Shown: piece after piece, positions 48,822-60,507 of the stretch
Layout of the letters: every line of letters begins with the position of its first letter
How positions within the stretch are numbered: the first letter of the stretch is position 1
DNA from: Sarea resinae
Lineage: Eukaryota
DNA: 64,000 nucleotides
Direction of reading: 5' to 3'
NCBI GenBank assembly: GCA_026026165.1
Contig: JAPEUD010000012.1
Span: 124,001 to 188,000, forward strand
The notes under the pieces: model-generated
The model's database searches: none
Told to the model about the DNA's origin: nothing
Seen by the model: the letters and a program-made list of their open reading frames with translations, nothing else
Program-made: the position numbers and the translations under genes

Positions 48822-49858
48822 CCTTTGCGGCCGAATCTAACGCTGCGAAGTGGTACGAGCTCTTTTGCATTGGATTGGAGACATCAAGAAGCTATAAGAA
48901 GCTATAAGAAGCTTCCCGCAGTGGAGATGGTTTCATCAGCAACGATAAGCACATCATCCTCGACTTGCAGCTCTATCAAGATCGTGCCGTGCATGGGACA
49001 AAACGCGGATCACACGTGGGGAAACAAACCCCGGCAGCATAATACATCAATCCGGGGTCTTGTCAGAATAGTGACGTCAAAGGCCTGAGTACTCGAAAAA
49101 CCCAAGATTAAGAGTGCCAATGTTTTTGGCCCTCCCTCTAGAAACGTTTGATAACAAGTAAACATAAAGCATATGTAATGTATTTCTACTCTCAAGTAGT
49201 AAAGGGGAGCGGTTTTGTAAATGAGATCGTACATGCACAGCATCCACTTTTCTCACTGGCTAAGCTTTTTCCGATGACTGAAAGAATGAGAACGCACAGA
49301 GCAATGTGGCGGTCGATCGATGGAGTTTGGTAGGAAGATGAGGGCACGATATCCCAGGTCCCAATGTCGTGATGACGGGATCGACGGAGTCATCTCCGCT
49401 TCCGGCTTATCTCTCGCTGGAAGCGAGAAGCCACCATTCATTCGACGAACCCTCCTCGGATGTTTACCTCCACTCGTACTACAACCTTGACGAATGTATT
49501 GTCATCTACAAATTCATCCTCGTCTACTGCTTCTTCAATCCAGCTCGTTCGCGACAAATTAGACCGACATTTCTACCACGATAGAACTCGTCCGAGATGG
49601 GAGAGGAGTCAAAGTCAGGAGAGCATAAACAGACGAAGAACAGGAAAATGTTAATGGTCTGGTATTTGAGATGTATCGGAGACGGACCAAGGGAAACAGA
49701 GAACGTGGTCATTAAAATCGTGAATACTCGTGTACCCGTAAATGTGTCGTTCAAAATTACCGTCTTTAGGTCCCACCAAGTCAAAGAAAGAAGGGGTAAT
49801 AAACAAAACCACAAAGGGCTTTTCAAAAACATCATCGCTGGAAATAACAAAGCAGGTC

Positions 49859-52800
49859 TCATGCCAGAGTTTTGAACAATAGCCCGGCCAATTCCGCCAG
49901 CGGATCCTCACCGCGCTCCTGCTTGGGCCGGCCTTGCTCATCGAAGCGATCGGGGAGGTTGATGACCTCGGCCGAAGAACTCGAGGATGACGGCGAGGGA
50001 GATCGTTCTCGGTCACGGCGGAACCGGTCCCGATCTTGATTGCTGTGACGATCACGATCACGATCTCGGTCTCGATCACGGTCGTCCTGGCGCCTACGCC
50101 GGTGGCGATGGCGATCGCTGGGAGCGTCCATGGAGCTATCATCGTCTCCACGCCGCCGGTATTTGCGAAGAGGATCCACTACAAGCGGCTCTGCGCTCAG
50201 GTCAAACTGTACAGACTTTTCCGGCTGTGCAGACGACCCAGCCTGGGATGGAGGTGCTACACTGGACTCCGCTCGAGATGACCTTCGAGATTTCGTCCGT
50301 TGTTCCTTCTGAGGGTCTTTGCGAGGCTCTGGGCGAGACTCTTCACGAGATTTTGTCCGAGACTCTTTCCGAGATTCTTTGCGTGGCTCTTCGCGGGGTT
50401 CTTCACGAGACTTTGTCCGAGATTCTTCTCGAATTTGCGTTGGAATCTGAGGCTGGGTTTTGCTTGAAGGCTGAGCTGGAGCTGTTATGCTAGGTTCCGA
50501 TCGAGATGACCTGCGAGAGTGAGTTCGCTCTTCCCGAGGCTCTCGGCGAGATTTTGCTCGAGGCTCCGTTGGGGAGACTGGTGGAGCTTGAGAGAGGACT
50601 GCAGATTGCGGTTGAGCTTGGGGCTGGATCCAAGGTTGCGATTGGGCTGGAGGCTGGATTTGTGGTTGCAATTGAGCTTGAGACTGGGATTGAGGAGGCG
50701 GAGGTCGATACTTCGGCGGCGTTCGGGATCGATGTTGAGGCTGATATTGAGGAGGCGTTTGGGGTCGAGGCTGAGACTGGGATTGCGGTTGATACTGCGA
50801 CTGAGGTGGAGGCTGAAACTGAGGCACAGGCGAATATGGTTGTGGTTGATACTGAGGCTGGGGTAGATAAGGAGACTGAGGCTGGGCCGTAGGAGGAGGC
50901 TGAGGCTGGATCTGTTTCGGAGGAGGAACGTGAGGCTGAGAACGAGGTTGCTGGGTCGAGATCGGTTCCGGTCGTGATTTTCCTTTGAGCTTATCCTTCA
51001 ACTTGGACAGCTTGGACTTTTCCGGAGCAGGAGTTGCAACAGTTCTTAGACCATCTATCGAATCTATGATTAGTTACCTTAGTTCAGCCATTCGGCGCGA
51101 GTTGCGACCCACCCGCCACTGTATTATCAAACGTGGGCGTGACACTCACATTTTCATCTCCCGTTCGGCCCCTCGGTACATATGGGCCAGGCGAAGGTCC
51201 ACTTTGTGCAGGTGGGGGAGGATAGTAAGGGTTAGGATTGCCCTGAGGCTGGCCTGGCGAATAATCTGCAGGATTATAGCTCTGATTGGGCGCATAAGCA
51301 GCATTCTGCACGGGCGCAGGAGGCGGGGGGAAATTGTTCGTCGCCGGGTAGTAACTCTCAGGTTGGTAGTTGCCCACTGGCGGGGGTGGGGGATATGGTT
51401 CCGGTTGATAGCCTTGCGCGTAAGGATCAACCCCTTCCTCGGCGGCGTCTAAGGAAAGTTCAGCTATGCCGAATGATGCTTGAAATTGTATTCTGAGGAT
51501 TGTACTCACGTTTCCTCGCCTTCTTGCGATCTTTCCTCTTACTATACTCATGAGCAGCTAATCCGGCTGCACCAGCCGCCGCCGCAGCCCCTACGGCGCT
51601 CCTGCTTCTGCTTCGACTCCTACTCGAGCTCTTACGGCGTCTGGATCTCCTGTCATCCGCGCTTGAGTATTCGTCTTCGTCGTAAGGAGATCGAGCCGCG
51701 TATTCCGCGCCAGCTGCACCTGCCGCCGCGGCTGGGGCGGCCACCGCTGCTGGATCGCCCCCGTAATAGCTGTTCTGGCGAGCGACGGGAGCGGGAGCAC
51801 CATAATACTCCGGCTGGTAGGTATTACCATAGACCGGTTGACTGCCGTATTCGATGAGACCAGGATCAGAGGCCACACTTCTCGGGACCGATACAGATCG
51901 GGAACGGGATCTGGACATGGACCTCGACTGCTCCCTCTCTTGGCGTCGAGCTTCACGTCTCGCCTTCCTAGCTTCAGCCTCCTCCTTCGCCTGTCTATTC
52001 TTCTCGTAGAGTCCGGCAATGGCAGCTCCGCCGATCCCAGCAGCAGCAATAGGCACTCCCGTCCGAGCCCGGCTACGGGAACGGGATTTGCCCTTGCGCG
52101 ATTTGCTTCGACTGCGAGCTCGTTCGGCCAGGCCCGCGACAACGGCGGACGCAAGCCCAGCTTGTGCTATCCGACTGTTTCTATGCTTGGGATCACGATG
52201 CTTACTCTGGGACCGATCGCGTTCATCGTTCGCACCCGAGACAGAGTGTCGACGTCTCCTCGACCGGCTTCGACGCTCGCCTTGGACCTCACTCTTCTTC
52301 TTCTGGTGATTGGCGTAGCCCACAGCGGCAGCAAGAGCTGCACCAGCTAGTCCGAGCCCAGCAAGCTGCTTGACCCTAGATGGTGACCGGCTCCGGCGCG
52401 AGTGGCGATGCTTGTGTCGCCCGGATCTTTCGGGCGAGACCGACCTGGAGCCGTGGCGGCTTTTGGCTCTCGAGATGGCTTCCGCGCTGATGGCCCCGAG
52501 AGCGGCCGACCCGATCAGGTTTCTGCCGCGATGGCCAACATCCTCGCCTTCTTTCTTTCGATGATGCCGGATGAGCTCAGACGCTCCGATACCGGCAATG
52601 ACACCCTCAGCCAGATGTCGTCGGTGGTTTGGGCTGCGGTCTCTTCCATAGCTATCTCGACTTTCTTTTCTGACGTACTCTTCGTCACTGTAATAATCCT
52701 CCCGTGGTTCCCGGCGATAATCGCGTTCCTCGAAGTAGTCTTCTTCTCGCCTCCCATCCACGTCGCGGACCCTTCGATCGTAATAGTAATCGTCGTCTCG

Positions 52801-53280
52801 GGGCTCCTCGCGACGTACCACCATCTGTCGCTCTTCTCTCGGCTCCTCTCTTGGGATGACGATGGGAGCTCGGGGCGCTTCTTGTTGAATGATGATCGGC
52901 TGAGGCTCATTACGGATGATGATGGGTTGGGGAGGGTCCGGGCGAGAAAAATACTCGGTCGACCGAGAGTACTTTTCGAGATCGTACGGGCTACGTCTTG
53001 GTTCTCTGTCGAACTCGCGCTCGCGCTCGAAGCGGTATTCTCTCACCTCGGGGGCTTCACGACGCACGAGCTCCTGGTCGTAGCGGGGCTCTCGATCGAA
53101 ACGACGATCGATGACCTTGTTGATGCTCACGTCGTCGTCTTCATAGGGCCGTGGCGGGGTAGGTGCGGCAGGTGTCGCGCGATACCGTCGAACGGTGTAT
53201 TTTGGTATGCCAGGCCCACTCCGAACGCTCTCCTCGTCCCAGTCGCGCTCCCGCTCCCGCTCTTTGACGATGACGGACAT
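49859..53280 (-). CDS. DUF3824-like Arg/Ser/Pro-rich fungal protein, probably 3 exons
   Basis: Repeated HLAEG..AGIGA / AALGA hydrophobic units between RS tracts; introns 51449-51509 and probably 51055-51112 join the 606, 155 and 380 aa ORFs; C-terminal LPDRFDEQGR. Confidence 0.75.
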
Positions 53281-53889
53281 GTCGACTTTCGCTGTCGTCG
53301 TCGATGTATGGACGGACAGTGGATGGATAGATGGATGGAATAGGTGCAGAATGAGGGATCTCGCAGGTCTTTGCTTTTGTTCGCTTGGTTCCGGGGAACA
53401 GTCCAGGTGAGATGAGATGGTAGTGTCTGGAGTGACGCACTGATGTCTCGCTTTGATAAGTGAAAGTCAAGCAGGTAGGCTGAGACAAGTCTCGCTACCT
53501 TGGATTAGGTGCAGCTCGAAAGTGGATTCCCACCTCTCACATACACCGACTCGGTCCGAGCGGCGGCGGAAGTGCGTGAGCGATAGAGCGATCTTACGTA
53601 GTACGAGGCGAACGATGCACGCGATACCTTAGAGCGGCAGAAGGGCAGAAGGGGACGGAAGGCTGAGGACAAAGAGGGCTGAAGAGGAAACGCTTCAGAG
53701 ATGATGGCGACGGGCAAGATGAAGGGGAAGAGATGGGCTCCGAAGAGAGCAGATGATGCCAAAACACCGAGCGTGTAGCGCTTGGAAGGATTCGAGGCAC
53801 GGTCGGGTATCAGATTGGGTATCGTTGAAGAAGGCAAGATTGACGAGGACGAACGCAGGGAGAAAATGGTGATCGCACGCTTGAGGAGT

Positions 53890-55700
53890 TGAGGACGGAG
53901 TACAGGCGTGACCGGGACATGACCACGACAGGGCAGGGCCGAGGGGCTCAGGCTGTGGTTTGTACCTCCGAAGAGACGAAAGCCGGTTCCAAGCTTCCAT
54001 CTACTCTACGGAGTACTCATAGTAGTAGTAGCCATGCTTGCTCGAGGAAGAGACGGCCCAGTACGAATACTGCGAGTGACCTCGAAGCAAGTGAGGGGCA
54101 TACTCTCGCGTAGGTACCCAAATATGCATACCCTACTACCTCCTGCTGCGCGGTATGTCAGTGTGCATTCAAGACGACTGGAGTCAGCCAAGGCAAGCTC
54201 CAGTGCTGTCGAGTGCGAACACGAGTATTCTCCAGTACGGACCACGTCGTTGCTCGAGCACGGGGCAGATCATCCACGATGGCTGTCCTGCAGTTCGAGA
54301 CCCCGAGGCCCACTTGCGACCATCGTACGTCGGCAAATCTCTAGCTGTCGAGGACGCCGGTGAGTTTCTAGTGTGCGGCAAGAGAGTGTCGAGGTCTTCC
54401 ATCGACTTCCATTCGTTCTCTCCGACGTAGCACTCATCGTACTGCGCATGTCTCTGGGGGATCTCTTTGCCATCTGTCTCGCATTCATTTCCGCCCGAGC
54501 ATGGATGATCGTCTGTTGTCTGTTGTCGTCTCTGGTCGTCGTCTCCTGTGTCTCTGTGCCCCTAAGGTACTAGTACTTCAGCGCGATGGTCAACAAGGGT
54601 CCAGGGTGCCAGGGAGGAACTAAGAGTACTCTGGAGTAGAGTGCTTCGAGAGTAGAGTAAAGCGACGAGGTGGTGGGCGGGCACTCCTGGCGGGCACCGT
54701 GGCTACCGTCGAGGAACCAAGGTCCGAGGTACTGCTGGCACTCGGTCAAGGCCTGGCACCGTACCACAAGGTAAATAGAAGGTACCTTACCTTACCCGAG
54801 TCGCGATGACGTGTAAAGCTGACCGATAGTCCCAATATCCCCCCTGCCGTCGCCTTTTCCTTTGCCATCCATGACATGGAATTTACAGGTTCGCAGCTTA
54901 GAATACTACATAGTAGAGTATTCCCACTACTACCTGAATACTCCGGAGTAGTAAGATGCAGACAGACCACGACGTATGGTACCTACTAGGTAGGATTAAT
55001 ATGCTCGAAAGCACCTAAAAGATGACTTGACTTAGTAGCACTTCCGAGTAGGTACGGGTTTGATAACAACAAACCTCCCTCGCCCCTCCCCTCATCTAAT
55101 CCATTCCAGGTTTCCCTGTGTATTTCGATACGGGCCTACCCACCTGCCTAATGAGAAATCCCACCGTCTGCCTCGGCGCCCAACCCCAAACTCCGAACCT
55201 GCTCGACCCAACCCGACCCAGCCCAGCCCAGCCCAACCCAACAGAGCAGCATGGATCAACCTTACCTTAACCTTAACGACCGGCGAGCCAGACAAGGCAA
55301 CGCCAGGCAGCGGCCGGGCCACCCAGAGTACTCTCGAGGAGAGTCCTTCAAGTACTCCACGGGTACGGAGCAAGTAGCAGAGTAGGTACTGCGAGTACCA
55401 TGCAAACTCGAGGCAGACTGATTATTAGCCCCTCAAGAAAGAAACAACGGGCGTCAGAACCTGTGACGTGCCCCTCCGTCTTCTGATAGGCTCGGCCTCG
55501 TGTGCAAGCGATGAGTACTCCGGAGTATGCGGTTGCTATTTGCCTCCATGCGCCATGCGCCATGCGCCATGCGCCACTCCAAAAAGAGTAGAGTAGCTAG
55601 TCTACTGCGGAACTTCGTACATGGAGTAGTAGAGTAGGGGATGTCAATCAGTCACAAGCCCAAGGCAAAGCACTTTTTAGGAGTGGGTACCCTCGTACTT
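53890..55700. promoter_or_regulatory. Cluster of GTAC / GAGTACTC / TACTCCGGAGTA palindromes upstream of the DUF3824-like gene
   Basis: TACTCCGGAGTA at 54939-54950 and 55516-55527, variant TACTCTGGAGTA 54627-54638, GAGTACTC at 54011, 54624, 55326, 55513. Regulatory role is inferred only. Confidence 0.4.
55546..55577. repeat. (GCGCCAT)n 7-mer tandem repeat
   Basis: About 4 copies, read directly. Confidence 0.85.
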
Positions 55701-57003
55701 CAGTGTTCTCGCTTTCCTCCAATGAGGGCGTTTGCTCATTCCAAACCACAGGATATCGAACCAGAACAAGATGACTAATATAGGGAGACTGATCTTTCCA
55801 TGATCATCATGATATCAGAAAGGTGAATGGATAATAGTCTGTATATGGGGAGAACGGATAAGAGGATGGGAGATTTTGTATGTCTGAGCTCGAATTTCGA
55901 TAATCGATTTCGCGGGAGTTTTATTTCTTTGTGTAGATGTAAAATTGACTCCCATCCAACCTCTGGGCTGAGAAAAAAAAAGTAACCTTCGCTTTTAGAA
56001 GACAGAGAATAGCTGATGACTGAGAGGAGCGATAAACTCGCCAGGAGGAATAGAGTGGGTGATGCGGTTCTTCAATGCTGATATGGGCGAACTCTAGCTG
56101 GCGGGGGAATGACAATGTATGAACGCGACGATAATTGAATACACCTCTGATAAGGTTTTCGAATGGGAAAAGAAGTTGGGCAGCTGGCTTCGACGACTAT
56201 GCACGTCCGGTGCTGTAGTCATAAGCCAAAGCATGCAGTTTGATAGAAGCATCATACTTGACTGATCCTAGAAAACAAACATCAGTCGGCGGTAAAGCCT
56301 TGATAACGTTAGAGAACGGCATAAAAGGTTCTCTGAACGGGAGCGACATCGTATAAGCACGGCCGTCTTGCTTTACCATGTACTTGGTGTGGCTTAAGAG
56401 GTAAAAGACTTCTTGGATTGTGTCCATGATATCTAGGGATTGCCTAATTCGTCCAGCTGTGCAAAAAAGGTAGGTATAGCCTATTGAGCAGATGACAACT
56501 TCAGATGCCAGCAGAGAGGGAGAGAGAGGAAAAGGTGATGGCAGGACAAAGAGCGAGGAGTGAATAGTAGTGAGCTTTCTATTTAATATTCTCCTATCCT
56601 CCCGCATCCCATCCTATGGATCGAATGCTCATCTACAGCTACAGAGAGATAGATGAGAAATACAAGTCGATGGCCAACCAAGTGCTTGAAAAAACTTTTG
56701 TTACATTTCCGTCCTTCGCTGTCCGTCTCTGCACCAATTGACAAGAGCATTCTGGTATATATCTACCCCCGGCCCTTCAACCCAGAAAGAACCCAACCTG
56801 GTATTCCAGAAAATAGATAGGAAAGGAAGCCATTCTGATAAAATCCCAACCCGTAATAAGATCCTGATAGATCTCCCACTGGCTCGCCGTTCTGAGCTTC
56901 GCCATTATCCCCGCGCCCGCAAATGTTAAGCAGGGCTCCCGTTGACTGATTCCGTGAGTATTTTCGTCTTCCTACGTATTGGTTCTCCGCTTGAGGATAG
57001 GAT

Positions 57004-60000
57004 TTAGGTGCATAGATTTCCCTCGAGGTCGTCATCTTCGTCATCTTCGACCTTTTCATCCTCTTTATCCTCTTCATCCTCTTCATCATCTTCATGGTCG
57101 TCGTTATCTTCATCATCATCATCTTCTTCTTCCTCGCAAGCATCTTCCCCGCCTGTATCACTTCCATCATTGCAAGGCCCCTTCCTTTCCTTTGCATCAC
57201 CGATGAACATAAAGGGTGAAGGTAGCCTGAACTGACTGGACTTCTGCGATTCGAGACCTTCATCGATGGATGGAGCCATCAGTCTAGCATTCTCTTCGTC
57301 GCTCTCATCGCTGGGGCTTTCATCGTCGTCATCTCCACTCTGATCACTTCTATTGTCATCACGAACGCCCTCCCAAGGAAGATCCTCACCGTTAGAATCC
57401 TCAGCAGCATCGGCAGTTATCACGCCGCCAACATCTGTAGCCTCGAGATCGATCCCCTCGTCATCGCCAGTATCCTTCCGCTCTATCCTAACAGGGCCGG
57501 TACTGTGTGGTGTCGCGTATGCAAATGGAGTGCTTCCTCTCTTCACATTCGCATGCATACCACCAGCAGTGACAACACTGGGCCCCTGACTTCTCGTCTC
57601 GGGGGGTACAACATCCTCGGAAAAGAATGGACTTAGCTGACGCTCGGATTGTCGTTCAAGAGTAGTGGGCGAGCGAGTGATGCGGGAACGCTTGCCATTG
57701 CTAGGCCTAGATGGAGATTTGCCAGTCTCGAAGGATGAGGCCATACGGCGTTTCGATGGTAAAGATATAGACGGAGCAGCTGCAGAGCGGCCCGGGTTGA
57801 TGGGCATGGATGCAGTGCGGCTGGCTTGGGGTATTTGTTTAGGACGATCCGGTGGGAATTCCGAGAGTGGAGATATGGGCAGACGCTCATGAGGTGAAGA
57901 GGTTATCGAATGATAGCTATCTGCGGATTCGAATGGCGGCGGTTGATGGCGGAGTGGAAGCATCGAATGCGATGTGTGATGCGAGGAGAAGGAGGATTGG
58001 GCGCTCGGCGGAATATCCAAACGTGAATTCCATTCCCAGCACTCTTCTCGCGCGTCCGCTTCACGCACCTGGCTCTCTGCCTGACCTTCAGAAGTGCCAT
58101 CATCTTGATAAAATCGAGGTAGTTCTCGGAGCCTCTGCCAATTCCAGCTCACATCCTTTCCAATGTCGTGCTGCATGTACGCATGGCGCTGTGTGATGAA
58201 GAGCTTCTTCTGCCCATGCGCTGCTCGCATGAAGACGCTCGAAGAAAGGAATTCGACAGTCCAGAGAGCCGGTGTAACGAGTTCGTCCGGACCGAGAAAG
58301 CGGAGGCGAGAAGCCTTGTGGACTTTGCGAAGTGGGACAAAAGGAGCTGTTAGGCCGAGTGAAGTACTCGATTGTGATTTATATGAACTCTGGGATCCAT
58401 CATACGTCACCGAGGCGTTATCCCCACCATTCAATGTTTTCAAGAGATCACCGAATGCTTCGAGAATGGCAGTCTTTACATCTCGTGCACTGCTACCTGC
58501 GATTAGGACCGTTTTCACAAATCCTCGACTGCGTAGCCGTTGGTGGACACGACTCTTTGATCCGACAGCCTTGGCCCATCTTTCTTGATCAGCAGTGTCC
58601 GCCCATTGAGAGATTGCGTCCCATTCGTGTCCCGTCGCTCCGAAGGGTCGATTTGGCTCGTTCCTCGAGGTCATACTATACGCTTGGCTCCATTCTTCGG
58701 TGTCCTGCGTCCGTAAATGATTTGGCTGATGGGGCTCGTCTGCAGTATACCAAATGCCCTTTAGGCGTTCACCCCAAGGTATAAGAATGACCTCTACTTC
58801 CCAAGGTCGACTGGCAGATGGCGGCAGAGATGATTCAAGTTGTTCTAACTTGGACTGTAATGTGTCGAATCGGTTCGTCAAGACATCGGTCGCTCGTGTA
58901 AGAAGCACAGCAGAGGAATGAGCTGAGATGTCCGTCGCGAATGATCCGTTTGATGAGAAAGATCTAGAATGCGCCTCCGCAGGGTGTACAAAATGCTTAG
59001 GCTTCGCTGAAGCCTGTCGTGGACCACTACTGTCTTCACTTGCAACAGTGAGTCGAGTTTCATGGTCATCGATTCTGCTCTCAGCTGCGGCCAATTTTTC
59101 ATCGAAAACATCGACTCTTTCTTGCAGCTCTTCAACCGGTCCCTGACAGAACGATGCATTTTCCAGCAAGTCAAGCCGATGGGCGTGAGACTTTAATGAT
59201 GAAGAGAGTGTAGGGTATTCGCTCACATGTGAGATCAGTGATCGAAGAAATGGTAGGATTCGGTATATGCTCGAAGCAATACTCTGGTCATTATTTTGGG
59301 AATTGTCTGGACGAGGCGAGCTTTGTTGCGAGTTATGATTGCCAGTTTGAGCCTTGTCAATTCCTTGCCGCTCAAGAGCGTCAATCCAGGCTTTTACCTG
59401 GCCTATGGTACGGCTAATTTCTCCAGCGTTCGGAGTGCCAGCCATAGTCGGGGTGGCCACTTCTGTAGCGCTTTGGGGTATGTCATTTGTCATCTGGATA
59501 GCAACCTGTGGATCCTGGTGTATCTCTAGCGGCGGACGCAGTCTACGAGCCTCGGTGACGTGATTCATGAACGTTCGGCTGGGGCTGTGGCCATAAGGGT
59601 TGTTCATATCAACAGTTGATGCCAACTCGGAGTGAGGCCCTGCCACTAGATGGCCAGCGGTCTGTGGTACTGGCTGTGGTAGCTCTTCGGGCCTCCCAAA
59701 GGGCCCATTTGGCACCCTAGGAATGGTATTGAAACAATCCTTGCCGGCTTCTGCGATGCCTTCGATTCCCAGGGCACTACCATGGTGAAGCGGAGGATCC
59801 AGGCTTTGCTTATCGCCGACTAAGGGGGCCAGATCTTGCGAGTTGAGAAGGCATTGAGAAGGAATAGGAGGGAATTCCGGACTGCCATGAGAATTCGGAG
59901 CCCTTTTCTTTGGGTTATTGCTAGAAAGATTCTGGTCGCCACCCAACGCAAGGTCGTTTCGAACTTCATGTTGTAGCGGTGGAGGTCCGCCGCTAGATCG

Positions 60001-60507
60001 ACAATTTGCATCCCTCGGTATACTCTCCGCCCCGAGCAGTCGTGCACTCTGGTCGAAAGCGTTGGAAATTGTAGCCATATCCCTCTGCTGAGCATCCATC
60101 TGAATGCTGTCCTTGGCGGTAGTTGAAGGACGCACGATTTGTAAATAGAAAGGTCCAGAAGTTCCCTCCGATAAATGTTTCTGAGCAGCAGGTAGATGGT
60201 TATTGGCGTCCCTCATAGGAATCGCATTTGTCGGGATTGGATGGATTTCCAGATCGTGAAAGCAGGCATGATGACCACACATGCACCACGGTTGCTGGAT
60301 CCCCGAGATATTCAGATTAGCATCTTTGCGAGAGCCATCTTGCCAGAAGCTTCGGCAGCCGCATCGAGAGTTTTGACCGGATCGTAAGTCACAGAAACCG
60401 CATGCGCCCTTTGGCAACTGGTTGCCCGACCGAGTCGAAGAATTGCTTCCTGAAATGTTCCTGGCCCATGGATCTGGCTGAGAGAACGCTGGAGCGAGAG
60501 CTGCCAT
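57004..60507 (-). CDS. Hypothetical protein, 1167 aa, with N-terminal Cys/His cluster, coiled coil and acidic tail
   Basis: Single long ORF; CGFCD..CGCRSFW..WCMCGHHACFH; central block PWEVEVILIPWG..RLRSRGFVK..FVPLRKVHKASRLRFL; poly-D/E C-terminus. Confidence 0.85.
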   Translation of the reverse strand: MAALAPAFSQPDPWARNISGSNSSTRSGNQLPKGACGFCDLRSGQNSRCGCRSFWQDGSRKDANLNISGIQQPWCMCGHHACFHDLEIHPIPTNAIPMRDANNHLPAAQKHLSEGTSGPFYLQIVRPSTTAKDSIQMDAQQRDMATISNAFDQSARLLGAESIPRDANCRSSGGPPPLQHEVRNDLALGGDQNLSSNNPKKRAPNSHGSPEFPPIPSQCLLNSQDLAPLVGDKQSLDPPLHHGSALGIEGIAEAGKDCFNTIPRVPNGPFGRPEELPQPVPQTAGHLVAGPHSELASTVDMNNPYGHSPSRTFMNHVTEARRLRPPLEIHQDPQVAIQMTNDIPQSATEVATPTMAGTPNAGEISRTIGQVKAWIDALERQGIDKAQTGNHNSQQSSPRPDNSQNNDQSIASSIYRILPFLRSLISHVSEYPTLSSSLKSHAHRLDLLENASFCQGPVEELQERVDVFDEKLAAAESRIDDHETRLTVASEDSSGPRQASAKPKHFVHPAEAHSRSFSSNGSFATDISAHSSAVLLTRATDVLTNRFDTLQSKLEQLESSLPPSASRPWEVEVILIPWGERLKGIWYTADEPHQPNHLRTQDTEEWSQAYSMTSRNEPNRPFGATGHEWDAISQWADTADQERWAKAVGSKSRVHQRLRSRGFVKTVLIAGSSARDVKTAILEAFGDLLKTLNGGDNASVTYDGSQSSYKSQSSTSLGLTAPFVPLRKVHKASRLRFLGPDELVTPALWTVEFLSSSVFMRAAHGQKKLFITQRHAYMQHDIGKDVSWNWQRLRELPRFYQDDGTSEGQAESQVREADAREECWEWNSRLDIPPSAQSSFSSHHTSHSMLPLRHQPPPFESADSYHSITSSPHERLPISPLSEFPPDRPKQIPQASRTASMPINPGRSAAAPSISLPSKRRMASSFETGKSPSRPSNGKRSRITRSPTTLERQSERQLSPFFSEDVVPPETRSQGPSVVTAGGMHANVKRGSTPFAYATPHSTGPVRIERKDTGDDEGIDLEATDVGGVITADAAEDSNGEDLPWEGVRDDNRSDQSGDDDDESPSDESDEENARLMAPSIDEGLESQKSSQFRLPSPFMFIGDAKERKGPCNDGSDTGGEDACEEEEDDDDEDNDDHEDDEEDEEDKEDEKVEDDEDDDLEGNLCT

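Noticed and set aside
52402..53343. 313-aa hydrophobic plus-strand ORF
   Set aside because: Antisense mirror of the R/E/D-rich DUF3824-like exon.
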